Shown piece after piece: positions 29,501-44,320 of a DNA stretch of 64,000 nt (within the stretch, counting starts at the first letter, position 1; each line of letters opens with the position of its first letter). The notes beneath the pieces are model-generated. The model was not told where the DNA came from and made no database searches. It worked only from the letters and a program-made list of their open reading frames with translations. The DNA is from the human T2T-CHM13v2.0 reference genome, Homo sapiens, in assembly GCF_009914755.1 (NCBI RefSeq), contig NC_060937.1; one strand, 5' to 3'. A program made the translations under genes and the position numbers.

Positions 29501-32500
29501 GTACCCAAAGCATGTATTATATACTGTACATAAAATATGAAAGTACATCAAATATATATTTTATTCTGTACATAAAATATCAAAGTACACCAGATATATA
29601 TTCTATAGTGTACATAAAATATCAAAGTACCCAAACTATATATTATATACTGTACATAAAATATGAAATTACATCAAATATATATTAGGTACATAAAATA
29701 TGAAAGTACATCAAATATAGATTATATACTGTACATAAAATATCAAAGTACCCCAAATATATATTATATACTCTACATGAAATATCAAAGTTCACAAACT
29801 ATATATTATATACTGTACATAAAATATCAAAGTACCCAAGGTATATATTCTATACTGTACAAAAAATATCAAAGTACCCAAATCATGTATTATATACTGT
29901 GCATAAAATATGAAAGTACATCAAATATATATTTTCTTCTGTACATAAAATATCAAAGTACACCAGATATATATTCTATAGTGTACATAAAATAACAAAG
30001 TACACAAACTATACATTATATACTGTACATAAAATATGAAATTACATCAAATATATATTAGGTACATAAAATATGAAAGTACATCAAATATAGATTATAT
30101 ACTGTACATAAAATATCAAAGTACCCCAAATATATGTTATATACTCTACATGAAATATCAAAGTTCACAAACTATATATTATATACTGTACATAAAATAT
30201 CAAAGTACCCAAGGTATATATTCTATACTGTGCAAAAAATATCAAAGTACCCAAAGCATGTATTATATACTGTATATAAAAAATGAAAGTACATCAAATA
30301 TATATTTTATTATGTACATAAAATATCAAAGTACACCAGATATATATTCTATAGTGTACATAAAATAACAAAGTACAAAAACTATAAATTATATACTGTA
30401 CATAAAATATGAAATTACATCAAATATACATTAAGTACGTAAAATATGAAAGTACATCAAATATAGATTATATACTGTACATAAAATATCAATGTACCCC
30501 AAATATATATTTTATACTCTACATGAAATATCAAAGTTCACAAACCATATATTATATACTCTACATAAAATATCAAAGTACCCAAGGTATATATTCTATA
30601 CTATACAAAAAATATCAAAGTACCCAAAACATGTATTATATAATGTACATAAAATATGCAAGTACATCAAATATATATTTTATTCTGTACATAAAATATC
30701 AAAGTACACCAGATATATATTCTATAGTGTACATAAAATATCAAAGTACCCAAACTATACATTATATGCTATACATAAAATATGAGATTACATCAAATAT
30801 ATATTATATTAGGTACATAAAATATGAAAGTCCATCAAATATAGATTATATACTGTACATAAAATATCAAAGTACCCCAAATATATATTATATACTCTAC
30901 ATGAAATATCAAAGTTCACAAACTATATATTATATACTGTACATAAAATATCAAAGTACCCAAGGTATATATTCTATACTGTAAAAAAGATATCAAAGTA
31001 CCCAAAGCATGTATTATATACTGTACATAAAATATGAAAGTACATCAAATATATATTTTATTCTGTACATAAAATATCAAAGTACACCAGATATATATTC
31101 TATAGTGTACATAAAATAACAAAGTACAAAAACTATAAATTATATACTGTACATAAAATATGAAATTACATCAAATACATATTAGGTACATAAAATATGA
31201 AAGTACATCAAATATGGATTATATACTGTACATAAAATATCAATGTACCCCAAATATATATTTTATACTCTACATGAAATATCAAAGTTCACAAACCATA
31301 ACTTATATACTGTACATTAAATATCAATCTTACCAAGGTATATATTCTATACTGTACAAAAAATATCAAAGTACCCAAAGCATGTATTATATACTGTACA
31401 TAAAATATGAAAGTACATCAAATATATATTTTATTCTGTACATAAAATATCAAAGTACACCAGATATATATTCCATAGTGTACATAAAATAACAAAGTAC
31501 CCAAACTATACATTATATACTGTACATAAAATATGAAATTACATCAAATATATTTTATATTAGGTACATAAAATATGAAAGTACATCAAATATAGATTAT
31601 ATACTGAACATAAAATATCAAAGTACCCCAAATATATATTATACACTGTACATGAAATATCAAAGTTCACAAACTATATATTATATACTGTACATAAAAT
31701 ATCAACGTACCCAAGGTATATATTCTATACTGCACAAAAAAATCAAAGTACCCAAAGCATGTATTATATACTGTATATAAAATACGAAAGTACATCAAAT
31801 ATATATTTTATTCTCTACATAATATATCAAAGTACACCAGACATATATTCTATAGTGTACATAAAATAACAAAGTACACAAACTATATATTATATACTGT
31901 ACATAAAATATGAAATTACATCAAATATATATTAGGTACATAAAATATGAAAGTACATCAAATATAGATTATATACTGTACATAAAATATCAATGTACCC
32001 CAAATATATATTTTCTACTCTACATGAAATATCAAAGTTCACAAACCACATATTTTATACTGTACAAAAAATATCAAAGTACCCAAGGTATGTATTCTAT
32101 ACTGTACAAAAAATATCAAAGTACCCAAAGCATGTATTATACACTGTACATAAAATATGAAAGTACATCAAATATATATTTTATTCTGTACATAAAATAT
32201 CAAAGTACACCAGATATATATTCTATAGTGTACATAAAAAATCAAAGTACCCAAACTATACATTATATACTGTACATAAAATATGAAATTACATAAAATA
32301 TATATTATATTAGGTACATAAAATATGAAAGTACATCAAATATAGATTATATACTGTACATTAAGTACCTAAGTACCCCAAATATATATTTTATACTGTA
32401 CATGAAATATCAAAGTTCACAAACTATATATTATATACTGTACATAAAATATCAAAGTACCCAAGGTATATATTCTATACTGTACAAAAAATATCAAAGT

Positions 32501-34074
32501 ACCCAAGCATGTATTATAAACTGTACATAAAATATGAAAGTACATCAAATATATATTTTATTCTGTACATAATATATCAAAGTACACCAGATATATATTC
32601 TATAGAGTACATAAAATATCAAAGTACCCAAACTATACATTATATACTGTACATAAAATATGAAATTACATCAAATATATATTATATTAGGTACATAAAA
32701 TATGAAAGTACATCAAATACAGATTATATACTGTACATAAAATATCAAAGTACCCCAAATATATATTATATACTCTACATGAAATATCAAAGTTCACAAA
32801 CTATATATTATATACTGTACATAAAATATCAAAGTACCCAAGGTATATATTCTATACTGCACAAAAAATATCAAAGTACCCAAAGCATGTATTATATACT
32901 GTATCTAAAATATGAAAGTACATCAAATATATATTTTATTCTGTACATAAGATATCAAAGTACACCAGATATATATTCTACAGTGTACATAAAATAACAA
33001 AGTACACAAACTATAAATTATATACTGTACATAAAATATGAAATTACATCAAATATATACTAGGTACATAAAATATGAAAGTACATCAAATATAGATTAT
33101 ATACTGTACATAAAATATCAATGTACCCCAAATATATATTTTATACTCTACATGAAATATCAAAGTTCACAAACCATATATTATATACTGTACATAAAAT
33201 ATCAAAGTACCCAAGGTATATATTCTATAGTGTACAAAAAATATCAAAGTACCCAAAACATGTATTGTATACTGTACATAAAATATGAAAGTACATCAAA
33301 TATATATTTTATTCTGTACATAAAATATCAAAGTACACCAGATATATATTCTATAGTGTACATAAAATATCAAAGTACCCAAACTATACATTATATGCTA
33401 TACATAAAATATGAGATTACATCAAATATGTATTAGGTACGTAAAATATGAAAGTACATCAAATATAGATTATATACTGTACATAAAATATCAAAGTACC
33501 CCAAATATATATTATATACTCTACATGAAATATCAAAGTTCACAAACTATATATTATATACTGTACATAAAATATCAAAGTACCCAAGGTATATATTCTA
33601 TACTGTACAAAAAATTTCAAAGTACCCAAAGCATGTATTATATACTGTATATAAAATATGAAAGTACATTAAATATATATTTTATTCTGTACATAAAATA
33701 TCAAAGTACACCAGATATATATTCTATAGTGTACATAAAATATCAAAGTACCCAAACTATACATTATATACTGTACATAAAATATGAAATTACATCAAAT
33801 ATATATTATATTAGGTACATAAAATATGAAAGTATATCAAATATAGATTATATACTGTACATTAAATACCAAAGTACCCCAAATATATATTTTATACTGT
33901 ACATGAAATATCAAAGTTCACACACTATATATTATATAGTGTACATAAAATATCAAAGTACCCAACTTATATATTCTATACTGTACAAAAAACATCAAAG
34001 TACCCAAAGCATGTATTATATACTGTACATAAAATATGAAAGTACATCAAATATATCTTTTATTCTGTACATAA

Positions 34075-37000
34075 AATAACAAAGTACACCAGATATATAT
34101 TTTATAGTGTACATAAAATATCAAAGTACCCAAACTATACATTACATACTGTACATAAAATATGAAAGAACATCAAATATATATTATATTAGGAACATAA
34201 AATATGAAAGTACATCAAATATATATTATTAACTATACATAAAATATCAAAGAACCCCAAATATATATTATATACTGTACATGAGATATCAAGCTTCACA
34301 AACTATATATTATATACTGTACATAAAATATCAAAGTACCCAAGGTATATATTCTATACTGTACAAAAAATATGAAAGTACCCAAAGCATGTATTATATA
34401 CTGTACATAAAATATGAAAGTACACCAGATATATATTTTATAGTGTACATAAAATATCAAAGTACCCAAACTATACAGTATATACTGTACATAAAATATG
34501 AAATTACATCAAATATATATTATATTAGGTACGTAAAATATGAAAGTACATCAAATATAGATTATATACTGTACATAAAATATAAAAGTACCCCAAATAT
34601 ATATTATATACTGTACATGAAATATCAAAATTCACAAACTATATATTATATACTGTACAAAAAATATCAAAGTACACAAAGCAAGTATTATATACTGTAC
34701 ATAAAATATGAAAGTGCATCAAATATATATTTTATTCTGTACATAAAATATCAACGTACACCAGATATATATTTTATAATGTACATAAAACATCAAGGTA
34801 CACAAACTATACATTATATACTGTACATAAAATATGAAATTACATCAAATATATATTATATTGGGTATATAAAATATGAAAGTACATCAAATATAGATTA
34901 TTAACTGTACATAAAATATCAAAGAACCCCAAATATATATTATATACTGTACATGAAATATCAAAGTTCACAAACTATATATTATATACTGTACATAAAA
35001 TATCAAAGTACCCAAGGTATATATTCTATACTGTATAAAAAATATCAAAGTACCCAAAGCATGTATTATATACTGTACATAAAATATGAAATTACATCAA
35101 ATATATATTATATTAGGTACATAAAATATGAAAGTACGTCAAATATATATTTTATTCTGTACATAAAATATCAAAGTACACCAGATATATATTTTATAGT
35201 GTACATAAAATATCAAAGTACCCAAACTATACATTATATACTGTACATAAAATATGAAATTACATCAAATATATATTATATTAGGTACATAAAATATGAA
35301 AGTACATCAAATATAGATTATATACTGTACATAAAATATAAAAGTACCCCAAATATATATTATATACTGTACATGAAATATCACAATACAGAAACTATAT
35401 ATTATATACTGTACAAAAAATATCAAAGTACCCAAAGCAAGTATTATATACTGTACATAAAAGATGAAAGTACATCAAATATATATTTTATTCTGTACAT
35501 AAAATATCAAAGTACACCAGATATGTATTTTATAGTGTACATAAAAGATCAAGGTACACAAACTATACATTATATACTGTACTTAAAATATGAAGTTACA
35601 TCAAATATATATTATATTGGGTACATAAAATATGAAAGTACATCAAATATAGATTATTAACTGTACATAAAATATCAAAGTACCCCAAATATATATTATA
35701 TACTGTACATGAAATATCAAAGTTCACAAACTATATATTATATACTGTACATAAAATATCAAGGTACCCAAGGTATATATTCTATACTGTACAAAAAATA
35801 TCAAAGTAGCCAAAGCATGTATTATATACTGTACATAAAATATGAGAGTACATCAAATATATATTTTATTCTGTACATAAAATATCAAAGTACACCGGAT
35901 ATATATTTTATAGTGTACATAAAATATCAAAGTACCCAAACTATACATTATATACTGTACATAAAATTTGAAATTACATCAAATATATATTATATTAGGT
36001 ACATAAAATATGAAAGTACATAAAATATAGATGATATACTGTACATAAAATATCAAAGTAGCCCAAATATATATTATACAGTGTACATGAAATATCAAAA
36101 TTTACAAAATATATATTATATAATGTACATAAAATATCAAATTACCCAAAGCAAGTATTATATACTGTACATAAAAGATGAAAGTACATCAAATATATAT
36201 TTTATTCTGTACATAAAATATCAAAGTACACCAGATATATATTTTATAGTGTACATAAAATATCAAGGTACCCAAACTATACATTATATACTGTACATAA
36301 AATATGAAGTTACATCAAATATATATTATATTAGTTACCTAAAATATGAAAGTACATCAAATATAGATTATATACTGTACAGAAAATATCAAAGTACCCC
36401 AAATATATATTATACACTGTACATGAAATATCAAATTCACAAACTATATATTATATACTGTACATAAAATATCAAAGTACCCAAGGTATATATTCTATAC
36501 TGTACAAAAAATATCAAAGTACCCAAAGCATGTATTATATACTGTACATAAAATATGAAAGTACATCAAATATATATTTTATTCTGTACATAAAATAACA
36601 AACTACACCAGATATATATTTTATAGTGTACATAAAATATAAAAGTACCCAAACTATACATTACATACTGTACATAAAATATGAAATTACATCAAATATA
36701 TATTATATTAGGAACATAAAATATGAAAGTACATCAAATGTAGATTATTAACTGTACATAAAATATCAAAGAACCCCAAATATATATTATATACTGTACA
36801 TGAGATATCAAACTTCACAAACTATATATTATATACTGTACATAAAATATCAAAGTACCCAAGGTATATATTCTATACTGTACAAAAAATATCAAAGTAC
36901 CCAAAGCATGTATTATATACTGTACATAAAATATGAAAGTACATCAAATATATATTTTATTCTGTACATAAAATATCAAAGTACACCAGATATATATTTT

Positions 37001-40000
37001 ATAGTGTACATAAAATATCAAAGTACCCAAACTATACATTATATACTGTACATAAAATATGAAATTGCATCAAATATATATTATATTAGTTACCTAAAAT
37101 ATGAAAGTACATCAAATATAGATTATATACTGTACAGAAAATATCAAAGTACCCCAAATATATATTATATACTGTACATGAAATATCAAAGTTCACAAAC
37201 TATATATTATATACTGTACATAAAATATCAAAGTACCCAAGGTATATATTCTATACTGTACAAAAAATATCAAAGTACCCAAAGCATGTATTATATACTG
37301 TACATAAAATATGAAAGTACATCAAATATATATATTATTCTGTACATAAAATAACAAAGTACACCAGATATATATTTTATAGTGTACATAAAATATCAAT
37401 GTACCCAAACTATACATTATATACTGTACATAAAATATGAAATTACATCAAATATATATTATATTAGGAACATTAAATATGAAAGTACATCAAATATAGA
37501 TTATTAACTGTACATAAAATATCAAAGAACCCCAAATATATATTATATACTGTACATGATATATCAAACTTCACAAACTATATATTATATACTGTACATA
37601 AAATATCAAAGTACCCAAGGTATATATTCTATACTGTACAAAAAATATCAAAGTACCCAAAGCATGTATTATATACTGTACATAAAATATGAAAGTACAT
37701 CAAATATATATTTCGTTCTGTACATAAAATAACAAAATACACCAGATATATATTTTATAGTGTACATAAAATATCAAAGTGCCCAAACTATACATTACAT
37801 ACGGTACATAAAATATGAAATTACATCAAATATATATTATATTAGGAACATAAAATATGAAAGTACATCAAATATAGATTATTAACTGTACATAAAATAT
37901 CAAAGAACCCCAAATATATATTATATACTGTACATGAGATATCAAACTTCACAAACTATATATTATATACTGTACATAAAATATCAAAGTACCCAAGGTA
38001 TATATTCTATACTGTACAAAAAATATCAAAGTACCCAATGCATGTATTTTATACTGTACATAAAATATGAAAGTACATCAAATATATATTTTATTCTGTA
38101 CATAAAATATCAAAGTATACCAGATATATATTTTATAGTGTACATAAAATATCAAAGTACCCAAACTATACATTACATACTGTACATAAAATATGAAAGA
38201 ACATCAAATATATATTATATTAGGAACATAAAATATGAAAGTACATCAAATATATATTATTAACTATACATAAAATATCAAAGAACCCCAAATATATATT
38301 ATATACTGTACATGAGATATCAAGCTTCACAAACTATATATTATATACTGTACATAAAATATCAAAGTACCCAAGGTATATATTCTATACTGTACAAAAA
38401 ATATGAAAGTACCCAAAGCATGTATTATATACTGTACATAAAATATGAAAGTACACCAGATATATATTTTATAGTGTACATAAAATATCAAAGTACCCAA
38501 ACTATACAGTATATACTGTACATAAAATATGAAATTACATCAAATATATATTATATTAGGTACGTAAAATATGAAAGTACATCAAATATAGATTATATAC
38601 TGTACATAAAATATAAAAGTACCCCAAATATATATTATATACTGTACATGAAATATCAAAATTCACAAACTATATATTATATACTGTACAAAAAATATCA
38701 AAGTACACAAAGCAAGTATTATATACTGTACATAAAATATGAAAGTGCATCAAATATATATTTTATTCTGTACATAAAATATCAACGTACACCAGATATA
38801 TATTTTATAATGTACATAAAACATCAAGGTACACAAACTATACATTATATACTGTACATAAAATATGAAATTACATCAAATATATATTATATTGGGTATA
38901 TAAAATATGAAAGTACATCAAATATAGATTATTAACTGTACATAAAATATCAAAGAACCCCAAATATATATTATATACTGTACATGAAATATCAAAGTTC
39001 ACAAACTATATATTATATACTGTACATAAAATATCAAAGTACCCAAGGTATATATTCTATACTGTATAAAAAATATCAAAGTACCCAAAGCATGTATTAT
39101 ATACTGTACATAAAATATGAAATTACATCAAATATATATTATATTAGGTACATAAAATATGAAAGTACGTCAAATATATATTTTATTCTGTACATAAAAT
39201 ATCAAAGTACACCAGATATATATTTTATAGTGTACATAAAATATCAAAGTACCCAAACTATACATTATATACTGTACATAAAATATGAAATTACATCAAA
39301 TATATATTATATTAGGTACATAAAATATGAAAGTACATCAAATATAGATTATATACTGTACATAAAATATAAAAGTACCCCAAATATATATTATATACTG
39401 TACATGAAATATCACAATACAGAAACTATATATTATATACTGTACAAAAAATATCAATGTACCCAAAGCAAGTATTATATACTGTACATAAAAGATGAAA
39501 GTACATCAAATATATATTTTATTCTGTACATAAAATATCAAAGTACACCAGATATGTATTTTATAGTGTACATAAAAGATCAAGGTACACAAACTATACA
39601 TTATATACTGTACTTAAAATATGAAATTACATCAAATATATATTATATTGGGTACATAAAATATGAAAGTACATCAAATATAGATTATTAACTGTACATA
39701 AAATATCAAAGTACCCCAAATATATATTATATACTGTACATGAAATATCAAAGTTCACAAACTATATATTATATACTGTACATAAAATATCAAGGTACCC
39801 AAGGTATATATTCTATACTGTACAAAAAATATCAAAGTAGCCAAAGCATGTATTATATACTGTACATAAAATATGAGAGTACATCAAATATATATTTTAT
39901 TCTGTACATAAAATATCAAAGTACACCGGATATATATTTTATAGTGTACATAAAATATCAAAGTACCCAAACTATACATTATATAGTGTACATAAAATTT

Positions 40001-43000
40001 GAAATTACATCAAATATATATTATATTAGGTACATAAAATATGAAAGTACATAAAATATAGATGATATACTGTACATAAAATATCAAAGTAGCCCAAATA
40101 TATATTATACAGTGTACATGAAATATCAAAATTTACAAAATATATATTATATAATGTACATAAAATATCAAAGTACCCAAAGCAAGTATTATATACTGTA
40201 CATAAAAGATGAAAGTACATCAAATATATATTTTATTCTGTACATAAAATATCAAAGTACACCAGATATATATTTTATAGTGTACATAAAATATCAAGGT
40301 ACCCAAACTATGCATTATATACTGTACATAAAATATGAAATTACTTCAAATATATATTATATTAGTTACCTAAAATATGAAAGTACATAAAATATAGATT
40401 ATATACTGTACATAAAATATAAAAGAACCCCAAATATATATTATATACTGTACATGAAATATCAAAATACACAAACTATATATTATATACTGTACATAAA
40501 ATATCAAAGTACCCAAGGTATATATTCTATACTGTACAAAAAATATCAAAGTACCCAAAGCATGTATTATATACTGTACATAAAATATGAAAGTACATCA
40601 AATATATATTTTATTCTGTACATAAAATAACAAAGTACACCAGATATATATTTTATAGTGTACATAAAATATCAAAGTACCCAAACTACACATTACATAC
40701 TGTACATAAAATATGAAATTATATCAAATATATATTATATTAGGAACATAAAATATGAAAGTACATCAAATATAGATTATTAACTGTACATAAAATATCA
40801 AAGAACCCCAAATATATATTATATACTGTACATGAGATATCAAACTTCACAAACTATATATTATATACTGTAGATAAAATATCAAAGTACCCAAGGTATA
40901 TATTCTATATTGTACAAAAAATATCAAAGTACCCAAAGCATGTATTATATACTGTACATAAAATATGAAAGTACATCAAATATATATTTTATTCTGTACA
41001 TAAAATATCAAAGTACACCAGATATATATTTTATAGTGTACATAAAATATCAAAATACCCAAAGTATACATTATAAACTGTACATAAAATATGAAATTAT
41101 ATCAAATATATATTATATTAGTTACCTAAAATATGAAAGTACATCAAATATAGATTATTAACTGTACATAAAATATCAAAGAACCCCAAATATATATTAT
41201 ATACTGTACATGAAATATCAAAGTTCACAAACTATATATTATATACTCTACGTAAAATATCAAGGTACCCAAGGTATATATTCTATACTGTACAAAAAAT
41301 ATCAAAGTACCCAAAGCATGTATTATATACTGTACATAAAATATGAGAGTACATCAAACATATATTTTATTCTGTACATAAAATATCAAAGTACACCAGA
41401 TATATATTTTATAGTGTACATAAAATATCAAAGTACCGAAACTATACATTATATACTGTACATAAAATATGAAATTACATCAAATATATATTATATTAGG
41501 TACATAAAATATGAAAGTACATAAAATATAGATGATATACTGTACATAAAATATCAAAGTAGCCCAAATATATATTATACAGTGTACATGAAATATCAAA
41601 ATTTACAAAATATATATTATATAATGTACATAAAATATCAAATTACCCAAAGCAAGTATTATATACTGTACATAAAAGATGAAAGTACATCAAATATATA
41701 TTTTATTCTGTACATAAAATATCAAAGTACACCAGATATATATTTTATAGTGTACATAAAATATCAAGGTACCCAAACTATACATTATATACTGTACATA
41801 AAATATGAAGTTACATCAAATATATATTATATTAGTTACCTAAAATATGAAAGTACATCAAATATAGATTATATACTGTACAGAAAATATCAAAGTACCC
41901 CAAATATATATTATACACTGTACATGAAATATCAAATTCACAAACTATATATTATATACTGTACATAAAATATCAAAGTACCCAAGGTATATATTCTATA
42001 CTGTACAAAAAATATCAAAGTACCCAAAGCATGTATTATATACTGTACATAAAATATGAAAGTACATCAAATATATATTTTATTCTGTACATAAAATAAC
42101 AAACTACACCAGATATATATTTTATAGTGTACATAAAATATAAAAGTACCCAAACTATACATTACATACTGTACATAAAATATGAAATTACATCAAATAT
42201 ATATTATATTAGGAACATAAAATATGAAAGTACATCAAATGTAGATTATTAACTGTACATAAAATATCAAAGAACCCCAAATATATATTATATACTGTAC
42301 ATGAGATATCAAACTTCACAAACTATATATTATATACTGTACATAAAATATCAAAGTACCCAAGGTATATATTCTATACTGTACAAAAAATATCAAAGTA
42401 CCCAAAGCATGTATTATATACTGTACATAAAATATGAAAGTACATCAAATATATATTTTATTCTGTACATAAAATATCAAAGTACACCAGATATATATTT
42501 TATAGTGTACATAAAATATCAAAGTACCCAAACTATACATTATATACTGTACATAAAATATGAAATTGCATCAAATATATATTAGTTACCTAAAATATGA
42601 AAGTACATCAAATATAGATTATATAATGTACAGAAAATATCAAAGTACCCCAAATATATATTATATACTGTACATGAAATATCAAAGTTCACAAACTATA
42701 TATTATATACTGTACATAAAATATCAAAGTACCCAAGGTATATATTCTATACTGTACAAAAAATATCAAAGTACCCAAAGCATGTATTATATACTGTACA
42801 TAAAATATGAAAGTACATCAAATATATATATTATTCTGTACATAAAATAACAAAGTACACCAGATATATATTTTATAGTGTACATAAAATATCAATGTAC
42901 CCAAACTATACATTATATACTGTACATAAAATATGAAATTACATCAAATATATATTATATTAGGAACATTAAAAATGAAAGTACATCAAATATAGATTAT

Positions 43001-44320
43001 TAACTGTACATAAAATATCAAAGAACCCCAAATATATATTATATACTGTACATGATATATCAAACTTCACAAACTATATATTATATACTGTACATAAAAT
43101 ATCAAAGTACCCAAGGTATATATTCTATACTGTACAAAAAATATCAAAGTACCCAAAGCATGTATTATATACTGTACATAAAATATGAAAGTACATCAAA
43201 TATATATTTGATTCTGTACATAAAATAACAAAGTACACCAGATATATATTTTATAGTGTACATAAAATATCAAAGTACCCAAACAATACATTACATACTG
43301 TACATAAAATATGAAATTACATCAAATATATATTATATTAGGAACATAAAATATGAAAGTACATCAAATATAGATTATTAACTGTACATAAAATATCAAA
43401 GAACCCCAAATATATATTATATACTGTACATGAGATATCAAACTTCACAAACTATATATTATATACTGTACATATAATATCAAAGTACCCAAGGTATATA
43501 TTCTATACTGTACAAAAAATATCAAAGTACCCAAAGCATGTATTATATACTGTACATAAAATATGAAAGTACATCAAATATATATTTTATTCTGTACATA
43601 AAATATCAAAGTATACCAGATATATATTTTATAGTGTACATAAAATATCAAAGTACCCAAACTATACATTACATACTGTACATAAAATATGAAATTACAT
43701 CAAATAGATATTATATTAGTTACCTAAAATATGAAAGTACATCAAATATAGATTATATACTGTACAGAAAATATCAAAGTACCCCAAATATATATTATAT
43801 ACTGTACATGAAATATCAAAGTTCACAAACTATATATTATATACTGTACATAAAATATCAAAGTACCCAAGGTATATATTCTATACTGTACAAAAAATAT
43901 CAAAGTACCCAAAGCATGTATTATATACTGTACATAAAATATGAAAGTACATCAAGTATATATTTGATTCTGTACATAAAATAACAAAGTACACCAGATA
44001 TATATTTTATAGTGTACATAAAATATCAAAGTACCCAAACAATACATTACATACTGTACATAAAATATGAAATTACATCAAATATATATTATATTAGGAA
44101 CATAAAATATGAAAGTACATCATATATAGATTATTAACTGTACATAAAATATCAAAGAACCCCAAATATATATTATATACTGTACATGAGATATCAAACT
44201 TCACAAAATATATATTATATACTGTACATAAAATATCAAACTACCCAAGGTATATATTCTATACTGTACAAAAAATATCAAAGTACCCAAAGCATGTATT
44301 ATATACTGTACATAAAATAT
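34075..44320 (+). repeat. Distinct HSat1A sub-family domain
   Basis: TTTTATAGTG replaces TTCTATAGTG throughout. GATTATTAACT, AGGAACAT, AGAACCCC, CATGAGATATC and AGTTACCTAAA recur here. The 5-bp deletion is almost absent and 8-monomer units are present. Confidence 0.88.
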
